A DNA stretch of 64,000 nucleotides, from IMG/VR virus record IMGVR_UViG_3300007516_000010, positions 417-64,416 of that record; one strand, written 5' to 3'. Below, piece by piece: positions 38,191 to 47,405 of this stretch (its first letter is position 1; each line of letters opens with the position of its first letter). The translations under genes and the position numbers were made by a program. The stretch is from a virus. The notes below the pieces were generated by a model that was given only the letters and a program-made list of their open reading frames with translations, had not been told where the DNA came from and did not search any database.

Positions 38191-38218
38191 GCGGCGACAA
38201 AATCGATTTTGTCGCCGC
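38191..38218. repeat. 28-bp dispersed palindrome, copy 6 (perfect)
   Basis: 11 bp after the tRNA-like RNA and 30 bp before a wHTH gene. Confidence 0.97.
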
Positions 38219-38248
38219 TATCTCTCTCTCCCTTCCTAAGGAAGTCTA

Positions 38249-38560
38249 GTGGCTAAAAAGAAAGTAAAACCGGCAACCATTACAGCAAGGTCGCGACGCA
38301 GCAAGATAACACCGATGGTAGCGTTGCTGGTACTCGAAGAAAGCAGTCCTTGCGATCCTGAGACATTGATCAACAAGATCAAGATCGATATGCGGTTGAC
38401 TTCGGATGATGAGTTTGAGTGGGCCTCGAACTACTCTTTTGTGCCTACCGTGTTGACGCCGCTGCTGGAGAAAGGCTGGGCAATTCGTAAATACGAGCGA
38501 GACGGGTACATTTTCTCTATCACGCCCGCCGGTAAAGCCGAGATCGCTCGGCAGTTTTAG
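38249..38560 (+). CDS. winged helix-turn-helix DNA-binding protein (PadR-like)
   Basis: 103 aa; LLVLEESSP...LTPLLEKGWA...FSITPAGK; SD AAGGAAG, GTG start. Confidence 0.6.
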   Translation: MAKKKVKPATITARSRRSKITPMVALLVLEESSPCDPETLINKIKIDMRLTSDDEFEWASNYSFVPTVLTPLLEKGWAIRKYERDGYIFSITPAGKAEIARQF

Positions 38561-38604
38561 CCTAGGCGATCTCAGCTTTACTTCGTTCTCGATAAGCGTA
38601 AACC

Positions 38605-40272
38605 ATGGCATCAACACGCGGCGACGTTAATATCCACGCGGTACCAGGTGGCAAGGACTATCTCAAACAGACGATGGCTTCTCGTTACAAGGCGACGCTG
38701 CGTAAGTCGCCGCAAGCGGGAATGGCTTCTCCCGTCGGCGTGATCTCGCCAGCTACCCCGATAGCGGGAGAGGTCGTCAAAAGTGCTTTTCAAATTAACA
38801 GGGAGGCATTGTTCCAAGAAAACCCCTCCTACGGGTGGCAAGTAACCGGGAGTGGGGGTGGAAATGGGTCATTTCCAGTAGTTGGTGGGTATGACGCTGT
38901 GCTTCATTCAGCTGCAGTAAAAATCGCTTTTCTAACGACCTCTACCGGTCATTCAGACGGTTGGACCGGCAAATTAGCGGGAATCAGCGAGTTTGCCGGG
39001 AACCGTTCGGTCACTCTTAAACACGCTTTTAGCCCTTGGAGTGCCGTTAAGAGCGTTACTGACCCTGTCTGGGAAGCAGGTTACGGTGCCGCGGACAGTA
39101 CCGTCAGTGCGATACGCAACGCACCTCGTGCGGTGATGAACGCGGGTTCGGCGTATAAGCATCAGTTCAATCGGATGTACAACCCCTATTCGCAGGCTTG
39201 GAACGAACCGGGGATGAGCGGAGACAATATTGGAAGGGCGGCAATGGGGGCCGGATTGGGCGCCGGGGCACTTGCAGCCGGGATGGTTGCCGGACCTGCG
39301 GCAGCTGCAGGCGGTGCTGCCCAGGGAGCGAGAGCACTGCTTACAGGCGGCATGCAGGTTGTCCGTAACATGGCTCCTACCGCGATTAGGCAGGCAGCAC
39401 AAAAGACCGTGGCAGCTTCCCCGACAGCGGCCAGGCTAGCTCAGGCCAGTGGCCGCGGGCTTCAGGCAGTTCAGCAAGGGGCCGGGAAGGCAGTGCAGGT
39501 AGTTAAGCAGGTTGCAACCAATCCTACAGTTGTTGATGCAACGAAGCGGTTGGGTTTTGGCCAAGGGTACGGCTACGCGGGCGATTTTGCGGGTAGTGCG
39601 GCGGATACAGTAGCCGGCCAGGCTGGTATTGACACCAATGGATGGGGGCAGGCGATTGGCGGGAACTACGGGTTTTTTCGCGGGCTTGGCAAAGGGATAC
39701 CGGCGGCGGGACCGCTCGGTTCGTTACTGAGCCGTACAGAAAAGAAACTTAAACCGGCGGCGGGACAACTGACCACGTACGGAATCGGTGATGCGACTAT
39801 CGGAAAGATGCAGGAAGAGCTTACTGACGGCAATATGAACATGTTTCGCCCTACAGATTCGTATCTAAACGCGCAGGATGCGGTATCTCGCAGGATGGAT
39901 GCCACGGTGTTGGAAGCCACCGGCATGACCGTTCCGCAGATAAGGGAGATGGCGGACCGGGCTAAGCCACTTGTAGAGCAGGCATATCAGGAGTACGGCC
40001 CGCTCCCGCAGCAACCTTACGCGACTCCGGCATCAACAGCGACCGTAGCCCGACCGCAACCACCGCAACCACCACAACCAACGCAGCAACCGCAACCACC
40101 GCAACCAACGCAACCACCACAACCAACGCCGCAACCGCAACCAACACAACCAACGCAACCAACGACCGTACCCGCTTCTTTGCCGCGAGCAGGTGCCAGC
40201 GGCCTTAGCGGACGTAGACCAGGCGAGAGCACAACTAATTTCATCTCGCGACTAGCTGAAGGCGGTAGCTAG
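38605..40272 (+). CDS. Gly/Ala-rich probable virion (internal) protein with K-x-A motifs and a Gln/Pro/Thr tail
   Basis: VKSAF, VKIAF, LKHAF; GAGLGAGALAAG; QPPQPT repeats. Confidence 0.65.
   Translation: MASTRGDVNIHAVPGGKDYLKQTMASRYKATLRKSPQAGMASPVGVISPATPIAGEVVKSAFQINREALFQENPSYGWQVTGSGGGNGSFPVVGGYDAVLHSAAVKIAFLTTSTGHSDGWTGKLAGISEFAGNRSVTLKHAFSPWSAVKSVTDPVWEAGYGAADSTVSAIRNAPRAVMNAGSAYKHQFNRMYNPYSQAWNEPGMSGDNIGRAAMGAGLGAGALAAGMVAGPAAAAGGAAQGARALLTGGMQVVRNMAPTAIRQAAQKTVAASPTAARLAQASGRGLQAVQQGAGKAVQVVKQVATNPTVVDATKRLGFGQGYGYAGDFAGSAADTVAGQAGIDTNGWGQAIGGNYGFFRGLGKGIPAAGPLGSLLSRTEKKLKPAAGQLTTYGIGDATIGKMQEELTDGNMNMFRPTDSYLNAQDAVSRRMDATVLEATGMTVPQIREMADRAKPLVEQAYQEYGPLPQQPYATPASTATVARPQPPQPPQPTQQPQPPQPTQPPQPTPQPQPTQPTQPTTVPASLPRAGASGLSGRRPGESTTNFISRLAEGGS
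40050..40165 (+). repeat. degenerate CAACC-based tandem repeat (QP/QT)
   Basis: CAACCACCGCAACCACCACAACCAACG... read directly. Confidence 0.8.
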
Positions 40273-40413
40273 GAGTCGCTGGCTGTTTATCGACCGACAA
40301 ACAGGTTAAAGTTGACCCATCTGGGTCACTTATTTGCCAGTGGTTAGTGATGAACGTGTGTACGTTAGTGGCTAGCCTAGCAGTCCTTCTCTGTCGATAC
40401 AGGCGAAAGCAGC

Positions 40414-41220
40414 ATGGAAAACGATCAGTGGCGGGCGGCGATTATTGTCGAACGCAAAGACGCCAAGTACATGGACATTGGAATTCAGCGACTGCGAGCT
40501 GCTGGTTTCGAGAACATCCACGTCATGGCTAGTGAAGGGGTGACGATCTCTAAGCGGTATCAACCGATGAGTCACCAAGCCAAAGAATGGACCGACGGGT
40601 ACTCGCTTTGGAGAGGCGCGATCGAGTTGTTGGGTAAGATCTACACTTCGCGTTCCCAGCTGTTCCTGCTGATGCGACCCAACTTCCACCTGTGGGGCGA
40701 TCTGATGCGATATGGTGAATTAACGATCGACCAAAGGTTGCTAGCTGTATGGAGTCCGTTCACTCCTAACCGCGTATTTCCCTCAAGTAACCAGACTCGC
40801 CCATCTTGCGAGGGTAGCTTTGGTTGGTGTCCGACCGCGATGAACGCTGACGCTTCTGTTGCAGACTGCTTGATAATGACCGGCCATATGCTTACGTTAG
40901 TCGGCCAGTACCTACCAGCGGTGTCGGCAGGCGGGCAAGTGGGCAGTGCGATTGCTGCGGCAATGGAACGTCAGGGCGTGCCGTTCTATTACCACTTACC
41001 AAGCCTGGTGACTACAGCAGAGCACACGCTCGAGGCCGACGACTTTGTCGGTGTTACGTTCGATATGTCCAGGAAGGACATGCTGACGGGTAGCTTTCTT
41101 CTCAACCCTAGCACGCCCAGACGTAGAAAAACAGGAAGTATGACATGCGTACCCTCGAACTCGTACCAGAACGCAAGTTCGCCCCCGACAGTAGTAAAAA
41201 AACCGCGACTCGGGTCGTAG
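40414..41220 (+). CDS. glycosyltransferase-like protein (GT-A fold, DxD apparently lost)
   Basis: IQRLRAAGF...WRGAIELL...FLLMRPN...VWSPFTP...YYHLPSLV pattern. Confidence 0.45.
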   Translation: MENDQWRAAIIVERKDAKYMDIGIQRLRAAGFENIHVMASEGVTISKRYQPMSHQAKEWTDGYSLWRGAIELLGKIYTSRSQLFLLMRPNFHLWGDLMRYGELTIDQRLLAVWSPFTPNRVFPSSNQTRPSCEGSFGWCPTAMNADASVADCLIMTGHMLTLVGQYLPAVSAGGQVGSAIAAAMERQGVPFYYHLPSLVTTAEHTLEADDFVGVTFDMSRKDMLTGSFLLNPSTPRRRKTGSMTCVPSNSYQNASSPPTVVKKPRLGS

Positions 41221-42161
41221 TTGCGGTTTATGGAGCTGACACCCGGATCGGCTGCAAATTGATTGCATTGTTGAGGCAGAACAATCTCGGGGTGCTACCT
41301 CGTCCGGTCAGTTGGGCTATCGGAAAAAGCTCAGCCGAGATCCGTGCGGACGTCGTGGACAAACAACCAGGGGTGATTCTGAACTGTTTGATCGATCCAG
41401 ACAGCGGAGACCTACCGATCGACGAGACGGCTGCTTACGTGGCAGTGACACAGTCGCTCGTCTCTCAGGCTAAGCAATTAGGTTGTCGTTACATCCACTG
41501 TTCCAGTGCAAGAATTTATGGGCTTGGCGACAAGCCGGAACACGGCAACTCTTATGCCGAATATGATTCGGTGCTGGTAAAAGGTGATGACCCATGGCGA
41601 CAGTTAATCGCCGCCACCGAGCGGACGGTGATGTTGCACACGTTGCTAGCTAATCCGGTCGCCTCGCGTACAGCGAATGATCGTTTTGGGTTCTACGTAG
41701 CCAGATTTGGTCATGTGCTAGGTTTTGGCGAAACCCGTTCGCAGCGGTTCCCTGCGGTTCACACGCTATCTGCTTGTCTACAGGAAGCATCGCAGAACAA
41801 CTGCACGCTGATCTGCAACGATCCTGACCGGCGGATATCACCGGTCAGCGTGGGTACAGCTGCCGGGTGTATCGCGGACTTATGCGAACCGCGTTGTCAG
41901 GCACCTTACGGGTTTTACAACGTCGGGTCCACCGACACCGTTTCGTTGCGAGAGATCTGTACTCAGTTAGCACTGCGGCATGGTGTTTACACTTCGCTGG
42001 TGCCTTTCAGCGGCCGACGAGATGCTAAGGCGGTCTACGGGGTCGACGCTGATCAGGCGGTGAACCCGGCCTGGTGGCTCAGTCGCGGGATGCGAAAGCT
42101 GCCCACCTGGAGAGCGGCGGTCGCCGAGCTGATGGTTGACCGCGATTTGTGCTCGGTCTGA
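41145..42161 (+). CDS. RmlD/NAD-dependent epimerase-like SDR protein (degenerate)
   Basis: VAVYGADTRIG, VILNC, YIHCSSARIYG, YVARFGHVLG, GFYNVGS; catalytic YxxxK absent. Confidence 0.65.
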   Translation: MRTLELVPERKFAPDSSKKTATRVVVAVYGADTRIGCKLIALLRQNNLGVLPRPVSWAIGKSSAEIRADVVDKQPGVILNCLIDPDSGDLPIDETAAYVAVTQSLVSQAKQLGCRYIHCSSARIYGLGDKPEHGNSYAEYDSVLVKGDDPWRQLIAATERTVMLHTLLANPVASRTANDRFGFYVARFGHVLGFGETRSQRFPAVHTLSACLQEASQNNCTLICNDPDRRISPVSVGTAAGCIADLCEPRCQAPYGFYNVGSTDTVSLREICTQLALRHGVYTSLVPFSGRRDAKAVYGVDADQAVNPAWWLSRGMRKLPTWRAAVAELMVDRDLCSV

Positions 42162-42202
42162 CCTGGCAGGGTGAATTACTCAGCCGATCACGTAGGCATT
42201 AA

Positions 42203-42237
42203 CCTAGCGGGTGACCCGTTCTCGCTCACCCGCTAGG
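42203..42237 (+). promoter_or_regulatory. 12-bp hairpin overlapping the RBS of the 2H phosphoesterase gene
   Basis: CCTAGCGGGTGA/TCACCCGCTAGG; the 3' arm includes AGG of AGGA, 7 nt before ATG 42245. Confidence 0.5.
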
Positions 42238-42244
42238 AATCGAT

Positions 42245-42766
42245 ATGCTAGGCGAATTATTCAAAACCGCGGACGACACCGCCGCGGCTAAGCTTTCCGG
42301 AAGACTGATTTTGTCAGATTCCGGATGGTTATTATTGACGGTGCCAAACGCACTGGTTCGCGGGGCATTCTCCGCGCTGGCGGTTCCAGGAATCGAGCTA
42401 CCGCCGCGTAAAAGCGGTTCGGCGTTGCGGGCACATATCTCGGTGATGAACGCCGAAGAGGTCGCCGCTATACCTGGCAAGATCAACGAACTAGGGAAAT
42501 CGTATTCCTATCAGCTCGGTCAGATCCGCGAAGTCAAGCCGATAGGCTGGCAGGGAATGGAACGGGTCTGGTTCATTCGCGTTGATTCGCCTCAGCTCAA
42601 GGAACTGCGAAGAAGCTACGGGCTAAGTCCGATCCCGATGGGCGGGCGGACCGAGAAACCTTTTCATATTACGATTGCCGTAAGACGCAAGAACGTGTTA
42701 CGGACCGGATCAATGTCCAAGTTGTCTCTTTTTAACTCTTTCTCGATAGGAACGAATATTGGATAG
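42245..42766 (+). CDS. 2H phosphoesterase (cyclic phosphodiesterase fold)
   Basis: two Hx[ST]h motifs, AHISVM and FHITIA; N-terminal FKTA/AKLS. Confidence 0.75.
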   Translation: MLGELFKTADDTAAAKLSGRLILSDSGWLLLTVPNALVRGAFSALAVPGIELPPRKSGSALRAHISVMNAEEVAAIPGKINELGKSYSYQLGQIREVKPIGWQGMERVWFIRVDSPQLKELRRSYGLSPIPMGGRTEKPFHITIAVRRKNVLRTGSMSKLSLFNSFSIGTNIG

Positions 42767-42777
42767 GATGTGCAGAG

Positions 42778-43530
42778 TTGGCTAAACACGCCATAAGCGA
42801 GTTCGTGTTTCCTGTTCCTCTACGGCCAGGAAACGAAAAAACAGGTACAGAGGTCTATACGACCTCGCTACCTCCGGGCAAGACTTGCCCGGGAATGACA
42901 GCAGATTGCTGGGAGAAGTGCTACGCCCGCAAGGGCCATTACAACGGGCCGACGGTAATCAACCGCCTGGCGGTGAACGACGCGATGCGGCAATTGCCCG
43001 ACTTCGTTCGCAGAGTAACGGGCCAGATCGTTTCTCAAGGGATTCGATTCGTGCGGGTCCATGCGGCGGGCGATTTTGACACCCAGGAATATATCCAACA
43101 GTGGATCGATATCGCCAAGCGAAATAAGAACACAGTGTTCTATGCCTACACACGATCATGGTCGGTACCTAGCTTGCTACCCAAGCTGCGTAAGCTGGCC
43201 AAGATGCCTAATGTTTCGCTATGGTTTAGTTGCGACCGGTCAACCGGTATGCCGCCCAAGAGTACGCGGGTTAGGCGTGCGTACATGTCCGTTACCGACA
43301 GCGATAAGCCACGGTACAAAGTTGACCTATTCTTTCGTGCCGGCAGTCGCAGACAGAAACAGGTCAAGTCAGCCGGTACGTTGGTGTGCCCGGCCGAGCG
43401 GACGCCAACTAAAGGCGTTACCTGCAGTCAGTGTCGAATCTGCATTGATCGCGGCGATTGGCTAGATCAGCAGAATGATCGTTTGCGTGGCAAGGCAATC
43501 AGTCTTCCTGTGCTACAGGGAGGCGTATGA
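42778..43530 (+). CDS. Gp88-family protein (Cys-rich, putative Fe-S)
   Basis: SLPPGKTCPG..C...CYARKG, VRVHAAGDF, FYAYTRSW, SLWFSCD, CPA...CSQCRIC. Confidence 0.7.
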   Translation: MAKHAISEFVFPVPLRPGNEKTGTEVYTTSLPPGKTCPGMTADCWEKCYARKGHYNGPTVINRLAVNDAMRQLPDFVRRVTGQIVSQGIRFVRVHAAGDFDTQEYIQQWIDIAKRNKNTVFYAYTRSWSVPSLLPKLRKLAKMPNVSLWFSCDRSTGMPPKSTRVRRAYMSVTDSDKPRYKVDLFFRAGSRRQKQVKSAGTLVCPAERTPTKGVTCSQCRICIDRGDWLDQQNDRLRGKAISLPVLQGGV

Positions 43531-43778
43531 TGGGATTTCTTCTTCTTTTGGACATGCGAGGGCCCTCGTTCACGCAGGATGGCTACCCTAAGCCAGAACC
43601 AGAGCTGAAAAAGATACTGATGAGGCTCGTCCGCTCGCTAGACAAGGGAACTTCAATCGCACAGTTTGACAACCAGGAGGTGTTGGATTCGCAGCGGCGT
43701 CCCTGCGGATCGATATGGGTAAGCCAGCAGCGATGGACGGACGATGCGATTGACGCCTTGATTCGAGAGCTTGAATGA
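43527..43778 (+). CDS. hypothetical protein
   Basis: 83 aa, ATGA coupling, SD GGAGG. Confidence 0.6.
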   Translation: MMGFLLLLDMRGPSFTQDGYPKPEPELKKILMRLVRSLDKGTSIAQFDNQEVLDSQRRPCGSIWVSQQRWTDDAIDALIRELE

Positions 43779-43783
43779 CCCTA

Positions 43784-43811
43784 GCGGCGACAAAATCGAT
43801 TTTGTCGCCGC
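43784..43811. repeat. 28-bp dispersed palindrome, copy 7 (perfect)
   Basis: 5 bp after the stop at 43778, upstream of rIIB. Confidence 0.97.
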
Positions 43812-43829
43812 ATCCACCTAACCCTTTGA

Positions 43830-44786
43830 ATGAGGATTTCGATGAGTATTATTTACGCGATAGCTAATGACGGCGGTATTTCCGCCTACGTCAACGGCCA
43901 GATGAAGGTGGTCGCTCCTGACCACCCCAAGTATGAAGACATCTTGCTGGCGTTGGACAAGCAGGATTCCGACAAGTTTTTGAGGTTGGCCGACGTCAGC
44001 AGCGCGGTTAATGATTACCTCAGCCCCAGCGGCAAGTTGGCCGTCAAGAATGGCCAGGTGCTTTATCAAGGTGTTTCGATCGAGTTTGCGTTCACGACGC
44101 GGCTACTGGAAATGATGGCCAAGTCATTGCCGTATCTGCCTTATGTCCGCTACATCGAGCGAACGATGCGTAACCCGCGGCCACGCTGCGTCGCATCGCT
44201 GGATTTGCTAATCAACCGGGCGGATGCGAAGTATCCGTTACCGCTGCTTCCTGACGGACGGTTCCTGGCATACAAGCGAGTCCGTCCGGATTACCTGGAC
44301 CATTACGGCGCTACGGTGCTCTACGAGCCGCTGGAGGTTAAGTACAAGGATCACCCTTTGGTGGGTGATTTAAACTGGCTGCATGCACAGGAAGGAAACC
44401 GCGTCGGGATGCCGATCTGGGAAACAGACGACAACTTCCAGCTAGCTTGCTCGGCGGGATTCCACGCTGGCTTGTACGAGTACGTCGAGACGTTTCACAA
44501 GGACGACGGCCCGATACTAGCCGTGGCGATTTGCCCCAGCCAGGTGATCTCAGTTCCACAGGACGCCAGTGCGTTTAAGTTTCGCACACACGCACTGGAA
44601 GTGCGGCACATCGTCCCGGAGACGTTCTTGGACTTGATCTTTGATCCGACTGGCTCGCTTAAAGCGGCCAGGGCTAATTCGACGTTCTATAACGACGCTT
44701 GGTCCTGCGAAGAAAGTGAGTTCGAGTACTCAGAATTTGGCGACGACGACGACGACGAACACGACGACGACTGGTCGCAGATCTAG
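43830..44786 (+). CDS. rIIB: rIIB-like protein
   Basis: DHPKY, GQVLYQG, LPDGRFLAYKRV, CSAGFHAG, VISVPQD...KFR; acidic tail. Confidence 0.78.
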   Translation: MRISMSIIYAIANDGGISAYVNGQMKVVAPDHPKYEDILLALDKQDSDKFLRLADVSSAVNDYLSPSGKLAVKNGQVLYQGVSIEFAFTTRLLEMMAKSLPYLPYVRYIERTMRNPRPRCVASLDLLINRADAKYPLPLLPDGRFLAYKRVRPDYLDHYGATVLYEPLEVKYKDHPLVGDLNWLHAQEGNRVGMPIWETDDNFQLACSAGFHAGLYEYVETFHKDDGPILAVAICPSQVISVPQDASAFKFRTHALEVRHIVPETFLDLIFDPTGSLKAARANSTFYNDAWSCEESEFEYSEFGDDDDDEHDDDWSQI

Positions 44787-44810
44787 TCGTTATTTTCGGC
44801 TGTAACACCA

Positions 44811-44851
44811 AAGGGCACCCAGGAGCCGTTCCGGGTGCCCTTGTTTCATTT
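44811..44851 (+). terminator. stem-loop, probable terminator
   Basis: AAGGGCACCC/GGGTGCCCTT followed by GTTTCATTT. Confidence 0.65.
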
Positions 44852-44909
44852 CTGGCGGAATTGTTTCAGCAATTCCACCAGCGTTTCATTAAACCATCAG
44901 GACCGATCC

Positions 44910-47405
44910 ATGATTCCGGCAATCAGTACCAATTCTTTTGCGTCGTTCGGGATGTCCGGCGGCGGCAAATGCACGATGCGCAACGCCTCCCATTTGCAGC
45001 AGTTGTTCCTTGGAAAGATTTATGCGGATCCACTGCACGCACTTGTACGCGAGCTATGGCTAAACGCCATCGACAGCATGATTCAGGCGGGTCGGCCCGA
45101 GGTTCCGATCGAGGTTTCGCTGCCAAACTTATTGTCGCCGGTTTACCGGGCGAGGGATTTTGGCGTCGGAATGACGCACGACCAGTTCGAGGCCATCTAC
45201 AGTGACCTGGGCGGCTCTACTAAACGCAGTGATGCCGCCGTCACTGGTTCGTTAGGCCTTGGCTCCAAGAGTCCGTTAGGCTACGCGGACTTGTTTAACG
45301 TCTCCTGTTACGACGGAGAGACGGTTAGACATTACCTGATCTCTAAAGACGTCGACGGCGACATGATGTGGGTCCCTGTCTCATCGTGCCCCAGTGACGA
45401 ACCGCAGGGAGTCGAGGTAGTCGTTCCGATTAAGACTGGCGATACCGCTAAGGTTATCCATCACTACTACAAGATCTTGTCGGCACTGAACCATCCCAAC
45501 ATGCCGCAGGTAGCGGTGCCAAACGTGACTGGGTTATCCGGTGCTCGACCAGAACCAACGGACTGGTCAGACTATCCCTTGACCTCGCCGACGGTTTCGT
45601 TCGACGCGTCTAACAGCCGAACAACGTCCTTTCGGTTCTTTATGGGTAATATCGAATACCGCGCGAACCTCGAAGCGATGGTCGCGAACGCATCGAAAAC
45701 CTGGGAAGACCACCGGGAGCTAGTACTGGCGACCGCCCGTGAGCTTAAGATTGCCGTCTTTGCACCGATGGACGCCTCGCATGGTCATTGCCCGGTGGAC
45801 TTCGACGCCGGACGTTACAACGTGCAGCCGACCGCGAGGTCATCTGACTGGGTCATGTCGCAGCTTGTCGAGGCGGCTGAAAAGTACTGGAAGGCACAAG
45901 TAGCCAGGCTCAAAGCGGCGGACGGCTTGCTGCAACGGTGGTCGCTGTTAGCGTCGCTTGATAAGCAGTACACCGCGGCTATTTTTAAACACCTGGTAGC
46001 ACGTGCGGGGGTCACCGGCGACGCTCAGTTGCTTATTCCAGTTAGTAAAAGCCCGCTCAATTTGTTGCTGGAAGCGGCTGGCGACCAGATCGGTACGGGC
46101 TGGTTGCCTAGGACCTACACTTCAGGCGGCTCCGACATGCGAGATGTGTCCCAGAAAATGGCTGGTAAACGGCTGGCCAATCACGCAAAAACGAGGGCGA
46201 GAGTGGACGACTTCGTGTCATTGACTAGGCAGCTTCGGAGTTCCACCGCCTCGGTGCTAATCATCGACGAGCCGAATAGCTGGCGGCAGCGGTATGAAGC
46301 GGATTATGACGCCCGTTTACCGGTTTTCACGGTGGCTTATGAAGAGTTAGTCGCCGGTAAGCTTGTGCGTAAGCCGACAGCGGCGTCCGCATTTAATCTT
46401 CGGCGGTATTTAGAGTCTCACGGCGTACAGGTAACGCAGGTCAGCGAGTTGCCGGTAATCGAGCGATCTCGTACGGTGAAGCTTAAACGGCGTGAGAAGC
46501 AGTTCACGCTGCAGCAGTGCTACACCGTCAATTCGTCGATGTTCAATTATCCAGCAAGTGTCTTCCGTCCTTACAGTGGCTACGGTGGCGACACGGACGA
46601 TAGGTTTCTTTTGCTCCGCGTAAATGGACACAGGATCGAAACGTCACCGACGTCTGGGTGGTGTGAGGTGAGTGCTACATGGCATGAAGGTATCACCGCC
46701 GCGATGGCAACCGACTTAACACGTAGCGACACGCAGCACTACAGCGATTTACTCGCTTACCGGCTTTCGGGAGTCAAGTCGTCTGCGATGCCGGACAACT
46801 GCGACGACTTGTTCGTTTATTTGCGGGAGCAGTATCAGTGGCATCTACCGCTGCTGGAGTGCGCAGCCTTGGAGCGGCATTTAAGGGCGGCGTTAAACAA
46901 CGCTGACGTCATGGAGCATATTGAGGGCGACACACCGTTTGGCGAGGGTCGTCCGCGGATTCAGACGCCGGTTAACTGGATGCGGTCGATGATGCAAATC
47001 TTCGGCCATCGGATGCGGTCGCACATCTGCCGTTTCGAGAAGGTATGCGTAGCCTTCTTCGGGCAAGAATACATCGAGAAGCAAGACCAGTGGAAAGCAA
47101 AGAACGATCCGGTATGTCGACAGCTGGCCGAGAACTTTGTCAAGCAGTACCCGCTCTCGCCGATTCTTCCTTTCGGAAACTTTCGAGATACGGTAAAGAC
47201 TTACCCACAGATGGCCCACCGGCTGGACCGCAAGGACCATCTGACGGCTAAGGACATCCCTAAACTGCCGATTCTGCCAGAGTCCGAATTGCTGACGAAG
47301 CTAGTACCCGATCTGCCGCATTTTGTCTCGCTGACGTCGTCAAGCTATTCTGGCTGGCTAAAGCGAGACCAAGTATGCAAGACGAAAGTGTTGACGAATT
47401 CGTAG
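44910..47405 (+). CDS. rIIA: rIIA-like protein (N-terminal GHKL ATPase domain)
   Basis: VRELWLNAIDS, RDFGVGM, GSTKR...GSLGLGSKSPLGY, GVEVVVPI; adjacent to rIIB; start moved to ATG 44910. Confidence 0.78.
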   Translation: MIPAISTNSFASFGMSGGGKCTMRNASHLQQLFLGKIYADPLHALVRELWLNAIDSMIQAGRPEVPIEVSLPNLLSPVYRARDFGVGMTHDQFEAIYSDLGGSTKRSDAAVTGSLGLGSKSPLGYADLFNVSCYDGETVRHYLISKDVDGDMMWVPVSSCPSDEPQGVEVVVPIKTGDTAKVIHHYYKILSALNHPNMPQVAVPNVTGLSGARPEPTDWSDYPLTSPTVSFDASNSRTTSFRFFMGNIEYRANLEAMVANASKTWEDHRELVLATARELKIAVFAPMDASHGHCPVDFDAGRYNVQPTARSSDWVMSQLVEAAEKYWKAQVARLKAADGLLQRWSLLASLDKQYTAAIFKHLVARAGVTGDAQLLIPVSKSPLNLLLEAAGDQIGTGWLPRTYTSGGSDMRDVSQKMAGKRLANHAKTRARVDDFVSLTRQLRSSTASVLIIDEPNSWRQRYEADYDARLPVFTVAYEELVAGKLVRKPTAASAFNLRRYLESHGVQVTQVSELPVIERSRTVKLKRREKQFTLQQCYTVNSSMFNYPASVFRPYSGYGGDTDDRFLLLRVNGHRIETSPTSGWCEVSATWHEGITAAMATDLTRSDTQHYSDLLAYRLSGVKSSAMPDNCDDLFVYLREQYQWHLPLLECAALERHLRAALNNADVMEHIEGDTPFGEGRPRIQTPVNWMRSMMQIFGHRMRSHICRFEKVCVAFFGQEYIEKQDQWKAKNDPVCRQLAENFVKQYPLSPILPFGNFRDTVKTYPQMAHRLDRKDHLTAKDIPKLPILPESELLTKLVPDLPHFVSLTSSSYSGWLKRDQVCKTKVLTNS

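Noticed and set aside
44741-44770. GAC microsatellite
   Set aside because: It simply encodes the Asp-rich tail of rIIB
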